DNA of 64,000 bases from the human T2T-CHM13v2.0 reference genome, Homo sapiens: NCBI RefSeq assembly GCF_009914755.1, contig NC_060932.1; one strand, written 5' to 3'. The notes under the pieces are model-generated. The model made no database searches and had not been told where the DNA came from. It saw only the letters and a list, made by a program, of their open reading frames with translations. Of this stretch, positions 13,970 to 27,745 are shown one piece after another. Every line of letters starts with the position of its first letter. The first letter of the stretch is position 1. Position numbers and translations under genes: made by a program.

Positions 13970-15680
13970 CAGGCCTTTTTTGGTTCCATATGAATTTTAA
14001 GATTTTTTTTTCTAATTTTATGAAAAATGACAGCGGTATTTTGATAGAGATTGAATCAAATCTGTAGATTTCTTTGAGAAATATGGTCATATTAATTCTG
14101 ATCCATGACCATCGGATGTTTTTCTGTTTCTTTGTGTCACCTTCAATTTCTTTCATCACTTTTCTGTAGTTTTTCTTGTAGATACCTTTTACTTCTTGGG
14201 TTAAATTAATTCTTAGGGTTTTTTTTTTGGTAGTTATTGTAAGTGGGATAGCTTGCTTGATTTTTTCTTGTCTAGATAATTATTGGTGTGTAGAAATGGT
14301 ACTGATTTTTGTACATTGATTTTGTATACTGCAACTTTACTCACTTCACTTATCAAACCTAGGAGTCTTTTTGGTGGAGTCTTTGGATTTTTGTAGATAT
14401 AAGGTCATATCATCAGCAAAGTGGGACAATTTGATGTCCTCTTCTCCAAATTGCATGCCTTTTATTTTTTTCTCTTGCCTGATTGCTCTTGCTAGGACTC
14501 CCAGAATTACGTCGAATAGGAGTGGTGAAGGTGGACATTGTTGTCTTGTTCCAGTCCTTAGAGGAAATAATTTCAGTCCTTTTCCATTAAATATGATGTT
14601 AGCTATAGATTTGTCATATATGACCTTTATTATTTCAAGGTATGTTCCTTCTATGTCTAGTTTGTTGAGAGTTTTTATAGTGAAGGGATGTTGAAATTTT
14701 TCAAATGCTTTTTCTTTATCTATTGAGATCATCATATGGTTTTTGTCCATTTTGTTGATGTGATATATCATATTTATTTATTTGCATATGTTGAACTATC
14801 CTTGCATCCCTGGCATAAATACCACCTGATTATGGTGTGTTATCTTTTTGATGTACTGTTAGTGGTTTGCTGGTATTTTGTTGAGAATCTTTGTGTTTAA
14901 GTTCATCAGGAATATTGGCCCATAGTTTTCTTTTTTGTTGTTGTGTTCTCATCTGAATTTGGTATCAGGATAATGCTGGCCTCATAAAATGAGTTAGGGA
15001 AAATTACCTCCTTTTTGATAATTTTAAAATAGTTTCAGGAGAATTAGTATTAGTTCTTTGTATATTTGTTAGAATTTGTCTGTGATTCCATCTGGTTCTG
15101 GGCTTTTCTTTTTTGAGAGGCTGTTACTGATTCAATCTTGCTACTCGTTATTGGTCTGTTCAGGTTTTCTATTACTTCCTGATTCAATCGTGGTAGGCTG
15201 TGTGTTTCAAGGAATCTATCCATTTCCTCAAGGTTTTCCATTTTGTCAGTGTATAGTTGTTCATGACAGTCTCTGATGATCTTTTGTATTTCTGTGGTAT
15301 CAGTTGAAATGCCTCCTTTTTCCTTTCTGATATTGTTTATTTGCATCTTCTCTCTTCTCTCTTGGTTAGTCTAGCTAGTGTTGATGTACATCTTGTTGAA
15401 GAAATAACTTTTTATTTTCTTGAGTATTGATTTGTAGTCTATTTTGTTCAGTTTTGCTCTGATTTCTGTTATTTCTTTCCTTCTGCTAATTTTGGGTTTG
15501 GTTTGTTCTTGCTTTTCTAGTTCCTTGTGGTACAGTGTTAGATTGTTCGTTTGCCCCAATCTTTTTGCTTTTTTGATACAGGTATTTATTGCTATAAACT
15601 TCCCTGTTAGCACTGTTTTTGCTGTATCTCACAGGTTTTGTTATGCTGTTTTCATTTTCATTTGTTTAAAGTAATTTCTT
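13970..15680 (-). mobile_element. L1 ORF2 fragment (post-endonuclease to RT), inactive
   Basis: ORF fragments 14346-14771 ([12 protein letters not shown]...FADDM), 15050-15346 and 15371-15613 are L1 ORF2-like. Confidence 0.93.
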
Positions 15681-16025
15681 ATGTTGAATAACATTTAATG
15701 GTTATTTTATTAGGAATTTATCTGTCTATGTTAATGAGAGCTATTAGTCTCTATTTTTGTTTTTGTTTTGTAGATATTTTGTCAGGTTTTAGCATCAGAT
15801 TTGTGCTGGGCACATACATCAGTTGGCAAGTGTTTCCTCTAATTTTCTGAAAGCACTTGTTATAAGATTTGTGTTAATTGTTTCCCTTAAATGTTGATAA
15901 TATTTTACTATCTGGGCATGTACTTTCATTGTGGGGAGGTTTTTATATTAAATTCAGTTTGATTAATACATACAGAGTTATTCAGATTTTTTATTTAATC
16001 TAGTTTCAAGTTTTATTTTCTTTCA
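15681..16025 (-). mobile_element. Older L1M ORF2 fragment
   Basis: Degenerate antisense L1 (gtcaggttttagcatcag...ttcagatttt). Confidence 0.55.
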
Positions 16026-16274
16026 GATATTATAGTAATTTAACCAGTTGTAAAAGGCCCTACAGTTAAAAGACCAAACTTGAAAGGCTAAATATTAAAA
16101 ACCCAAACTACAAGTTATTTCCATGAAATCAGTCAAATCATGAAATAAATTTTGTGCAAATACTAAGGAAATATATACATCTATATAAATATTAGAAAAA
16201 ATAAAATTAGACTACAAAATTGTGTTAGGAAATAAGAGTGTATTTAGCACTCTTAAATAAAAATGTATTTATTA

Positions 16275-18030
16275 AAATTATTTTTATTGACAGGTCATAA
16301 TTTTATACATTTATGAGGTACAATGTGATGTTTTGATATATATATGCAATGTAGGATAATTAATTCAAGCCAATTGACATATTAGTCAACTTGCAAACCT
16401 ATCATTTTTTATGGGGAAATTAAACTTGTAATTTACTCTTCTAGTTATTTTGAAATATACATTATTATTGACTATTGTCACCCTGCTGTGCAGTATATCA
16501 CAAACCCCCCATTCATCTAAAGCTTTGTACCCTTTGATCAGCAATTACCCATTTGTTCCCTCACTGTACTCCCAATCAGCTCTTGGTAACTACCATTCTA
16601 TTCTCTACTTCTATGAGTTCAACTTTCTTAGATTTCACATATAAGTAAGACAATGTGGTATCTGTCTTTCTGTGCCTGTCATATTTCATTTATAATAATG
16701 TCTTCCAGATTAATTCAAATGTTGTCACAAATAACAGGGGACCCCCACCCTTTTTAAGGCTGTATAGTATTGTGTGTGTGTATATATATATACACACACA
16801 TATGACATATAATTTATTGTCATATATATATATATGACAGATACTTTATCCTTTCATCTGCTGATGAACACTTAGGTTGTTCCTATATCTTGGCTGTTGT
16901 GAATCATTTTGCAGTGAACATGGGAATGCTGGTATCTCTTTAATGTATTGATTTTGGTTCCTTTGGGTGTATACTCAGAAGTAGAATTACTGGGTCATAT
17001 GGTAGTTCTATTTTTAGTTTTTTGAGGAACCTCCATACCATTTTTCATAACATTTCTTTTAATTTACATTCCCACCAACAGTGTTCAAGAGTTCCCTTTT
17101 CTCTGTATTCTCACCAAACCTTATCTTTCATCTTTTTGATAAAAGCCATTCTAAAGGCGTGAGATAATATCTCGTTTTTAATTTGCATTTTTCTATAGTG
17201 ATGCTGAACATTTTTTCATGCATCTGGTGGAAATTTGTATGTCTTCTTTGAGAAATTTCTGCTCAGGAACTTTGCCCATTTTAAAATTGGCTTTATTGGT
17301 ATTGAGTTGAGTTTATTACATACTTTGGATATTAACTTACCAGGTGTATGGTTTATAAATATTTTCTCTAATTCTGTGGATTGCCTCTTCAGTCTGTTAA
17401 TTATTTTTATTTTGTGCAGATCTTTTTAGTTTGATGCCATCACTTTCGTCTATTTGTGCTTTCATTGCCTGTGTTTTAGGAGTCGTAGCCAAAAAAACTG
17501 TTGCCCAGACCAATGTCATTTAGCATTCCAGGCCAATGTCATTTAGCATTCCCCCTATTTTATTCGAGTAGTTTTACAATTTCAGGACCTATATTTAAGT
17601 CATTAATCCATTTTGAGTTGACTTTTATATAAGGGGTGAGATAAAGGTCCAATTTCATTCCTTTGCATGTGGATATTCAGCTTTCCCAAGAGCATAATCT
17701 GAAGACAGTGTTTTTCCCCATTTTGTACTCTCAGCACCTTTGTTGAAAATCAGTTAACCATAGATGTATGGGCTTGTTTCTAGGCTCACTGTCCTATTTG
17801 ACTGATGATGTAGCTGTGTTATGCTGTTTTGATTACTATAGCTTTGTAATTTGTTTTCAAATCTAGTAATGTGATGCTTCCAGCTTTGTTCTTTTGGGTC
17901 AAGATTGCTTTGACTTCAGGACCTTTTGTGATTCCATACAAACTTTAGGATTGTATTTTCTATTTCTTTGAAGAAATGCATTGGAATTTTGACAGAGAAT
18001 GCATTGAATTTATAAATCACTTTGGGCAGT
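16275..18030 (-). mobile_element. L1MA-type 3' UTR and ORF2 C-terminus
   Basis: gtacaatgtgatgttttgata, actattgtcaccctgctgtgc, ttacattcccaccaacagtgt. Confidence 0.9.
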
Positions 18031-20390
18031 ATGAACTTGAATTACACTTTAGACCAAATATACCTAACACACATAAAGAATATTCCACTCAACAGTAGCA
18101 TAATATACCATAATGTACTTTCTTCTCAAGTGCACACAGAACATTCTCCAGGCATATATATGTTAGGTCAGAAGACAAATTTTAACAAATTTAAAAGTAT
18201 TTAAATTATATCAAGTGTGGCAATGGTATGAAACTAGAAATCAGTAACAAGAAAAATCTTGGAAAAATACACAAATATGTGGAAATTAAACACGATGCTC
18301 CTAAACAACCTGTAGGTCACAGAAGTAATCAAAAAGGAAATAAATATCTTGAGACAAATGGAAACATAAACATAAACATAACACATCCCCAAATTATGGA
18401 ATGCAGCAAAAGCAGTCCTAATAAGGACATTTATAGCATTTAATGCTTATATCAAAAAAGAAAGATCTCAAATAAATAATCTAATGTTAAGCCTCAGGAA
18501 ACTAGAAAAAGATGAAAAAACCAAGTCCATAATTAGCAAAAACAAGAAAATAGTAAAAACCAGAGCAGATCTAAATGAAATAAAGACTAGGAAACAATAG
18601 AAAAATCAACAAAATGAAGAGTTGGTTTTTTGAAAAGGTAAACAATATGGACAAATTGTTAGATTAAGTAGGGAAGAAAGATGACTCAACTAAATAAAAT
18701 TAGAAATATAAGAGCACACATTATAACTGATATTACAGGAACAATTGTGAACAATTAATAACTAATTGGATAATCTAGAAGAAATTGATAAATTTCTAGA
18801 CACATGGACCCTACCAAGACTGAAACCTGAAGAAATAGAAAATCTGAGAACAATGTAAAATAAGAATGAATCAGTAATAAGAATTCTTCAATTAAAAGAA
18901 AACATCCTTGATTGGATGGCTTCACTGCTAAATTCACTCACACATTCAAAGAAGATCTGATGCCAATTATTGAAAATTTCCAAAAAAATGAAATGGAGGG
19001 AATACTTCTAAATTCTTTTTATGAGGCTGGAATTACACTGACAAAAAAGACAAGGACACTACAAGAAAAATATTTATAGGCAATTATTTCTGATGAAATA
19101 ATGCAACTTATTCTCACCTTGAGTTCAGTTTGAGAATTGAACTCAAACACATTACTTCAAAGACTCATTTTCAAGTGCACACAGCACATTCTCCAGACAT
19201 ATGTTAGGTTGCAAGACAAATCTTAATAAATTTAAGAAGATTCAAATTATATCAGGTGTCTCTGTGTGTGGCAATGGTATGAAACTAGAAATCAATAACA
19301 AGAAAAATCTTGGAAAATACATAAATATGTGGAAATTAATAATTACCACAATAAAGTGGTATTTGTCATTGGAATACAAAGATGGCTCAACATATGCAGA
19401 TCAGTAAATGTGATACACAACATTAATAAAATGAAAGATGAAAATTATATGACCATTTAATGGACATAGAAAAATCATTTGACAAAATTCAACACCCTTT
19501 TATGGAAAAAGTTTTCAACAGCTTAGATATAGAGGGAGTGTACCTCAACCCAATAAAGGCCATATATGACAAACTTGTAGGTAGCATCATTCTCAATGGT
19601 GAGAAGTTAAAAGCTTTTCCTTCAATGTCAGAAATAAGATAAGGATGCCCACTCTCACCACCTGTATTCATTATAGTACTGGAAGTCCTAGCCAGAGCAA
19701 TTAGGCAAGAGAAAGAAATACAAGCATCCGAGTAGGGAAGAAAGAAGTAAAATTGTCTGTATTTGTTGATGACATGATCTTATATAGAGAAAACCCTAAA
19801 GATACCCCTAAAGAATTTGTTACAATTAAAATTGAATTAAGTAAAGTTACAGGATACAATATTATTACACAAAATTAATAGTGTTTGTATATACTAATAA
19901 CAAATTATCTGAAAAGGAAGTTAGGCAAACAGTTCCATTTACAATAGCAACAAAAATTAAATACTTAGTTCTAAATTCAGCAAAGGAAGTAAAAGTCCTG
20001 TACAACAAAAACACTGACGAAAAAGTTAAAGAAGACACAAATAAATTGAAAGATATCCTGTGTTCATGATATATAAAAATTAATATTGTGAAAATGTCTG
20101 TACTACCCAAAGTGATTTATAAATTTGATGCAATCTCTATCAAAATGCCAATATCATTTTTCACAGTAATAAAAAAATCAATATTAAATTTGTATGGAAA
20201 CACCACAAATACCCAAAACAATCTTGAGCAAAAAGAACAAAGTGGAGGCATCACACTTCCTGATTTCAAACCATATTATAAAGAACTTATAATCAAAATA
20301 GCATGGCGCCTGCATACAAACAGGCATATCGGCCAATAAAACAGTATCCAAAACCCATAAATATGCCCATGCATTTATAGTCAAAATATT
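18031..20390 (+). mobile_element. L1 ORF2 segment in sense orientation (inverted relative to adjacent L1)
   Basis: A-rich ORF2 fragments ([26 protein letters not shown]). Confidence 0.9.
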
Positions 20391-21860
20391 TTTGTGTCAG
20401 TTTTGATGGCTACATTTTTCATTAATTTGACCATTCCATCTGAATAGTCAAATTCACTACAAAAATGTTATTCACAAATTTCTTATTTTTTAAATTACTG
20501 AAGTTCCTCTTTCCTGATTATTAAAAATTTGTGTTGTCTCTCATTCTTTCCTTTTAAAATAGCTTGTTGAGGTATAATAACCAAACAATAGGCTGTTCAT
20601 ATTAAAAGTATATAGTTTAATAAGTGTTGAGATATATGATAAATGAACACTACAATTCAGGTAATGAACATTCCCATCACTTCCTCATTTCCTCATATCT
20701 CTTTTTAATCCCTCCGTCCTAACTGTCCCAATACCACTCCTTTTTCTAGACAAAGCCTAATCTCATTTCTATTGCTATATAGATCAGTTTCCATTTCCTA
20801 AAATTTATATAAAGGAATCATATATTATTCTTTTGTTTGATTTCTTTTACTCAGCAAAATTATTATGAGATTTATATATGTTGCTGCATGTATCATTTGT
20901 TCCTTCCTTTTTATTTCTGAGTAATATTCTATTGTATGAATACATCACCATTTGTCTATCCAACATATTGTGGGTGGGCATTTCAATTGTTTATAGTTTC
21001 TGGCTATTACACATAAAGTGTTCTGAACATTCATGAACAAGTCTATTTAAAGACATGTGCTTTCATTTCTCTGGAGTAAATACCTAGGAGTGGAATAGTT
21101 TCTCCTATGGCAAGTGTATGTTTAACTATTTAAGAATTTGCCAAAGAGCTTTCCAAAGTGGTTGTACCACTTTACATTCCAGAAGGCAGTATATAAAAAC
21201 TCTGGTCTCTCCACATCCTTAGTCTTTTTAAATATAGCCATTCTTGTGATATCCCTTTGTGGTTTGAATTTGCATTTTCCTAGTGATAACTGGTGTTGAG
21301 CATCTTTCAGTGTATTCATTTCCCATCTGAACCTTTTACTTGTACAAATCTTTGTCGGTTCAAATCTTATGTCCATTTGTTTTTTAAACTGTTTTTTAAA
21401 TTACTGAGTTCTGATAAATTTTTATATATTATGGCTATATCTCCTTTATCAAATATGTAATTTGCAAATATTTTCTCCCAGTATGACCTATATGTTCATT
21501 CTCTAAATACAATCATTTTTGAAGAGTAGAAGTTTTAAATTTTGATGAAGTTTAACAGTTTTTTTTATGGATTGCACATTTGCATTTTATCATAGCAATT
21601 TTTGCCTAACTCAAAGACACAAGGAATTTCTCCAATGTATTATTCTAGAAGTTTTATAGTTTTAGGCATTCCAGTTAGGTTTATGATCTATTTTGAGTTA
21701 ATTTTTATATGGTGTGAGCTGTGGGTTGAAGTTTATTATTTTGTGTATAGATATCCAGTGGTTCCAGAACTATTTATTGAAAAACTATTATTTTCTCTAC
21801 TGAATTGCCTTTGCATCTTTGTAGAAAATTTGTTCATAAATGATTGAGTCAATTTTGGGG

Positions 21861-21943
21861 GTCTTGTTGTGAAGACAGGGTAATAGATGAGTGAAACAAA
21901 TAGTGACGCAAACTCATCTATTCCCCTGTCTTTACAACAAGAC
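21861..21943. repeat. Inverted repeat, 32-bp arms, 19-nt loop
   Basis: 21861-21892 is the reverse complement of 21912-21943 with 2 mismatches. Confidence 0.95.
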
Positions 21944-22672
21944 TACACTGGCTTGCTTACCATAGCTTTATAATAAATAAGTAATGTTTGTCCTCCAAAA
22001 TTGCTCTTATTTTTCAAAATCATTTTGGATATTCTAGGTCCTTTGAATTTCCATATGTATGTTAGAATTAGGTTGTCAACTGCTAGAAATCCTGCTGGTA
22101 TTTTGATTGGAGGTGCATTCAATTTGTAGATCAATTTTGGGAGAATTGAAATATTAATACTGTGGAGATTTCCAACATACGAACACAATATAGCTCTCCA
22201 TTTATTTTAGGTCCTCTCTAATTTCTGTCAGCAATGTTTTTAGTTTTTAATGTTTAAGTCTTGTACATCTTTTGTCAGATTTATCCCTAAGTATTTTATA
22301 AATTTTATGCTACTTTAAATTGTATTAAAAATTTTCACTATCTGGACGTTCATTGTTACAGTATAGAAATAAAATTGATTTATGTGTATTAATCTTGAAT
22401 TCTACAACCTTACCAAAATCACATATTAATTCCAGTGGATTTTTTCATAGGTTTCTTTGGATTTTCTCCATGGACAATTATGTTGTCTGCGAATAAAGAC
22501 AATTTTATTTCTTCTTTACTGTCTCTATATCACTTTTTCTTGACTTTATGTCTTAGCTAGAACCTCCACTTCAATGTTTAACAAGAGTGATGAGAACAGA
22601 CATTTGTTTCCTATATCCTGATATTAATGGAAAAGCATACAATCTTTTATCATTAAGTATTTCAGCTGTAGG

Positions 22673-23395
22673 TGATACGGACAGGAGGCAGATAAATACT
22701 GGGTAGAAGAGGATGGTTCCCCAGCAAAGGCCCCACCTTAAATCCTGGAAACCCACAGCCCTAAATGGGAACAGGCATTTATCTTTTCATGTCCCAAAGT
22801 TGCCTTTTGGTCTGCCATGCCCGCCTATCCTGTACCCATATAAACCCCAAACCCCCGGCTCCACGAGGAGACAAACAGAAGAGCAGAAGAATAGCAGAAT
22901 GGCACGATAAAGAGAAGAGAAGGAGTGTCTGAATGTCGAGAGGAGTTTGGCTGGGGATAGTCAGGGGAAGATAATCTTCCCACTCCATTACATTTCCAGC
23001 TCCCTATCCATCCCTCTGAGAGCCACCTCCACCACTCAATAAAACCCCTGCATTCATCCTTCAAGTATGTGTGTGACCTGATTCTTCCTGGAAGCCGAAC
23101 AAGTACCTGGGTACCAAGAAGGCACTGAGCTGGTTAACACTTAAGCCATCCCGGATGGCAAGGCTAAAAGAGGATACTGTAAGACAGGCCCACTTGGGCT
23201 TTGGGAGTTGCAGACACTCAACCCTGGATGCTGCCATAGGGCTGGAGCTCAGGGGCACACACCTTAGCTCCGGCACCTGCCCTCCTGCATGCTCCCTCTC
23301 GTGAAGGGGGTTTGAGCAGGGCATGGTGGCTGAACAGATGAGCCACACCCCTGTTGCAAGTTCTGTGAGGGACGTCAGGGAACTCGCCTATTTCA
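22673..23395 (+). mobile_element. MER50-like solo LTR (ERV1)
   Basis: TGATACGGACAGGAG...TTTCA termini, TATA-like ~22838, AATAAA 23038, 4-bp TSD tagg/cagg. Confidence 0.88.
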
Positions 23396-23695
23396 CAGGT
23401 TTTTCACAGATCCCCTTTATCAAGTTAAGGTAGAATTCTTTTCTTTTGCTAGTTTGTTGAAAGTTTTGAACTGTGATGGATAATGGATTTGACAAATACC
23501 TTTTCTGTTTCTATGAAGATAATCGTATAGTCTCTATTCTTTAGTTTGTTAATTTGGTGAATTACACTGATTGATTTTCAAATATTAAACCACTTTGTAT
23601 CCTTGGGAAAAACCCCACCTGGTCACAGTATATTGTCTTTTTATATATTGTTGGATTTGCTTTCCTAATATGGTGTTAAGAATTTTGCTATGTTC

Positions 23696-23962
23696 AGCCG
23701 GGTGCAGTGGCTCATGCCTTTAATCCTAGCACTTTGGGAGGCTGAGGTGGGTGGATCATGAGGTCAGGAAATCCAGACCATCCTGGCCAACATGGTGAAA
23801 CCCCGTCTCCACTTAAAAAAAAAAAAAAAAATTAGCCGGGATTGGTGGCATGCACCTGTAGTCCCAGCTACTCAGGAGGCTTGAGCCCGGGAGACTGAGG
23901 TTGCAGTGAGCCGAGATCGCCCCACTGTACTCCAGCCTGAGCCACAGAGCAAGACTCTGCCT

Positions 23963-23996
<34 letters not shown>
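23696..23996 (+). mobile_element. AluS with long middle A-tract and small right-arm deletion
   Basis: TSD aattttgctatgttc/aattttgctatcttc. Confidence 0.93.
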
Positions 23997-24002
<6 letters not shown>

Positions 24003-24725
24003 GCTATCTTCAGAAGGATATGAATCTGTAATTTTCTTTTTTGGTAATATCTTTGTGGATGGTATCAGAATCATTCTAGTTTCACAGAGTGTGTTGAAAA
24101 TATTCCCTCCTTTTCAATGTCCTGAAATAATTTTAGTAAAATTAATACTACTTCTTCCTAAAATGTTGGTAGGGTTTACCAGAAAGCCATCTGGGCCAAA
24201 AGTCGTCTTTGTGGGAAGATCTTTAGCTACAAGTTACATTTCATCTATATATCTATGTGTATCTATCTACCTATTTATCTCTCTGTTATCAATCATTATG
24301 CAGGTTATTGATTTTTTTCTGGATTGAATTTTGGTACTTTGTGTCTTTTAAGAAATCGTCATTTTTACTCAGTTGTCTCATTTGTTCTTGATCAATCTGC
24401 TGAGAGGTTTATTTGTTGGTCTTTTCTAAGACTCAACTTTTGGTTTTCTTAATTTTCTCTTTAGGTTATCTGTTTTCTATTTTATTAGTTTTTCCTCTGA
24501 TCATTTTTTTCCTTTTTGTTTTTCAAGATGTAGCTTTAGGTCATTGGATTTAGACTTTACTTTTTTAATGTAAGCATTTAAAGATATCTATTTCTTTCTA
24601 AGCAATGTTTTAGCTCTATCCATAATTTAGGTTATGTTGTTATTTTTATTCAGTCTCACATATTTAAACATTTCTCTCTCTCTTTTTTGTTTTTTTGACC
24701 CATGGATATTTTGTGAAAGTGTTAT

Positions 24726-25079
24726 TGTATTAGTCCATTCTCACACTGCTGATAAAGACATACCCAAGACTGGGGAAATTTAGAAAAGAAAGAGGTTTAA
24801 TTGACCTACAGTTTCACGTGGCTGGGGAAGCCTCACAATCATGGTGGAAGGCAAGGAGGAGCAAGTCATGTCTTAAATGGATGGCAGCAGGCAGAGAGAG
24901 AACTTGTGCAGGGGAGCTCCCCCTTATATAATCATCAGATCTCATGAGAGCTATTCACTCTCATGAGAGCAGCACAGTAAAGGCCTGCCCCCATGATTCA
25001 ATTACCTCCCACCAGTTCCCTCCCACAACACATGGGAATTCAAGATGAGATTTGGTGGGGACACAGCCAAACCATATCA
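24726..25079 (-). mobile_element. THE1 (MaLR) solo LTR
   Basis: tgtattagtccattctcacactgctgataaagac...gggacacagccaaaccatatca; 5-bp TSD gttat/gtgat. Confidence 0.93.
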
Positions 25080-25385
25080 GTGATTTTTAAAAATTGTTAA
25101 ATATTTGATTTTTATCTTAGCTACATTATTATTCTTGATTTCTCAATAATCCCATTATGGTTAGAGCACATATTTTGTGCAATTCCAGTATTTCAAAATA
25201 TACTGAGACTTATTTTATGGTTCAACATACAGTGCATCTTGATGAATTTTCCATCTGCTCTTGAAAAGAATGTGTACTCTGAAGGCTTTGAGTATAGTGT
25301 TGTATAATTTTCAGCCAAGTCATAGTGGATAATAATGTTATTTGGCCCTTCTTTGTCCTTTCTCATTTTTTCTGGTTGTCTTTTA

Positions 25386-25715
<330 letters not shown>

Positions 25716-27037
25716 TCAACTATCCAAATATGATTGTAAATTTGTCTAGCTCTCTTTTTATTAATTTTGTCAATTTTTTTGTTTATGTATTTTGGGGCTC
25801 TGTTAGATATGTGCATATCTATGATTTTATGTCTTGTGAAATCACTATTTTATCATTATGAAATGTTCTTCCTTTGCCTTAAGTTGCTATATATTATTAA
25901 TATAACAACTCCAGCCTTCTTACCCGGTTTACATAATATGTATCTGTCCATTCTTTTCCTTTTAATCTATCTGCATTTTAAAATTTAAACTGTACCTCTT
26001 GCAGAATAGTTATGTCTTGCTTTTCCAAATATTAAAAAAAAATCTGCATTCCTAATTGGAATCCTTAGTTCATTTGCATTCAATGAAATTTTCGTGTGCT
26101 TGGATTTTTGTCTACCACTTCACTACTTGTTTTATATTTTTACTACTTTTTATTTCTCTGGTATTTGTTTTCTGACTTTTTTGAGTTAATTGCATTTTTA
26201 CAAAAATATTTTACTCTAATTTATCTATTTGCTTTAAAATTATACTACTTTGGAACATTTAAAATGGTTGCTCCAAGGCATAAAATACACATTTTTAACT
26301 TTTCACACCCCACTGGGAAATGTAAAAACCTTGCAATCATATAGGTCATTTTTTCTCACTCCATTTTGGCTATCATTGTCATATATAGTACATCTATACA
26401 TGATATACTTGTATATGTCAGATTTACATGTTTTTACTTTTCTCATTAAGCATTTAAAGCTATTTCCTTATAAACATTGCTGTAGTTGTATCTCATTATT
26501 TATAATATGCTATTTTTTATAATTCAATATAAAACATTTTGCATCTCTCTTGAGAGTTTCTTTGATTCGTACATCTTTTTGATCCATAGATTTTTTTGTT
26601 TTTGTTTTAAAACATTGGAACACACATACACACAATAATTTTTGTTGTAAATAGTGATGTGTTATCAAATTATGAAAAAAAATAATTGTGTTTAACCACC
26701 TCAACTCAACTTCTGATGCTCTTATTTTCTCTATAAGACCTGAGATTTCATTTGGTATCACCTCTCTTCATTGAAAAAGACTTTCTTCATGATTTCTTAT
26801 AGTGTTAGTCTGCTGAGGATGAATATTCTTTGTGCTAGTTTGTTTCAAGACTGACTTTGTTTCCCTTCATTCTTGTAGGATATTTTCACTGGATTTATAA
26901 TTCTTAGTTCTCAGTTTTATGTTGTAGCACTTTAAACATTGCTACAGTTTCTTCTGGCCTCTATTTTTTGTTTGCCTTATTTTTATATGTATGTAATGTG
27001 TCTTGGGGCACTGCTTTTAAGATTTTTATGCCATTTT

Positions 27038-27346
27038 TTCAACACCTAAAATTAATTACTACATAATTAATATTTGTTTCCATATTATACCTTGCTTCAT
27101 ATGTTAAAAAAACTAACAATATATAATACATATAATTAATGGCACTAATAACTTTTAAAATAGCCATAACAACATTTTAGTAAGTTTGATATCTCTTGGG
27201 ACATTACTAATTGTGTTAACATTATTACTAATTGTGATAATACCTAATGTGTGTCTAGAAAGCCTTGTTAATTCATTTGACTTTGAGTTAATAAAGTGAA
27301 TATTTCTTTGTGAAAAAGATTAAATTTATAAGACAGAGAAAAGAAA
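27038..27346 (+). other. Retroposed AT-rich sequence (orphan transduction or processed 3' UTR fragment)
   Basis: Perfect 19-bp TSD aagatttttatgccatttt (27019-27037, 27347-27365), TTTT/AA site, AATAAA 27290, ATTAAA 27319, A-rich end. Confidence 0.7.
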
Positions 27347-27497
27347 AAGATTTTTATGCCATTTTGGAAGTTCAGTGGTTTGACTCTGACATGCTTGGAC
27401 ATAATTTTTTTTATTTACCCTGTATGGGGCTTGCTGAGATTCTTAAAACTGTGAATTATGTCTTCCACAAAATTTTGGAAGTTTCTCACCACTATTT

Positions 27498-27745
27498 CTT
27501 ATATATCAAGATATATATTTATGTATAATATATAATGTAATATATGATATATGTAAGATATATATCTAATATATATGATATATCTTATATATATCATATA
27601 TAGTTTCATTTATATATATTTGCATATATATGGAATTATATATAGGTTCATTTGCATATATATGGAAATATATATATCATTCAATTTGCATATATATATG
27701 TGTATATATATACATATATATATACACACACATATATATATATAG
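27498..27745. repeat. (TA)-rich low-complexity repeat
   Basis: Degenerate TATA tract. Confidence 0.85.

Noticed and set aside
14346-14771. Longest ORF, reverse-transcriptase-like
   Set aside because: Fragment of a dead L1 ORF2, not a novel RT system
17510-17552. 20-bp tandem duplication in L1 (similar ones at 46252-46327 and 63112-63154)
   Set aside because: Ordinary slippage-type micro-duplications
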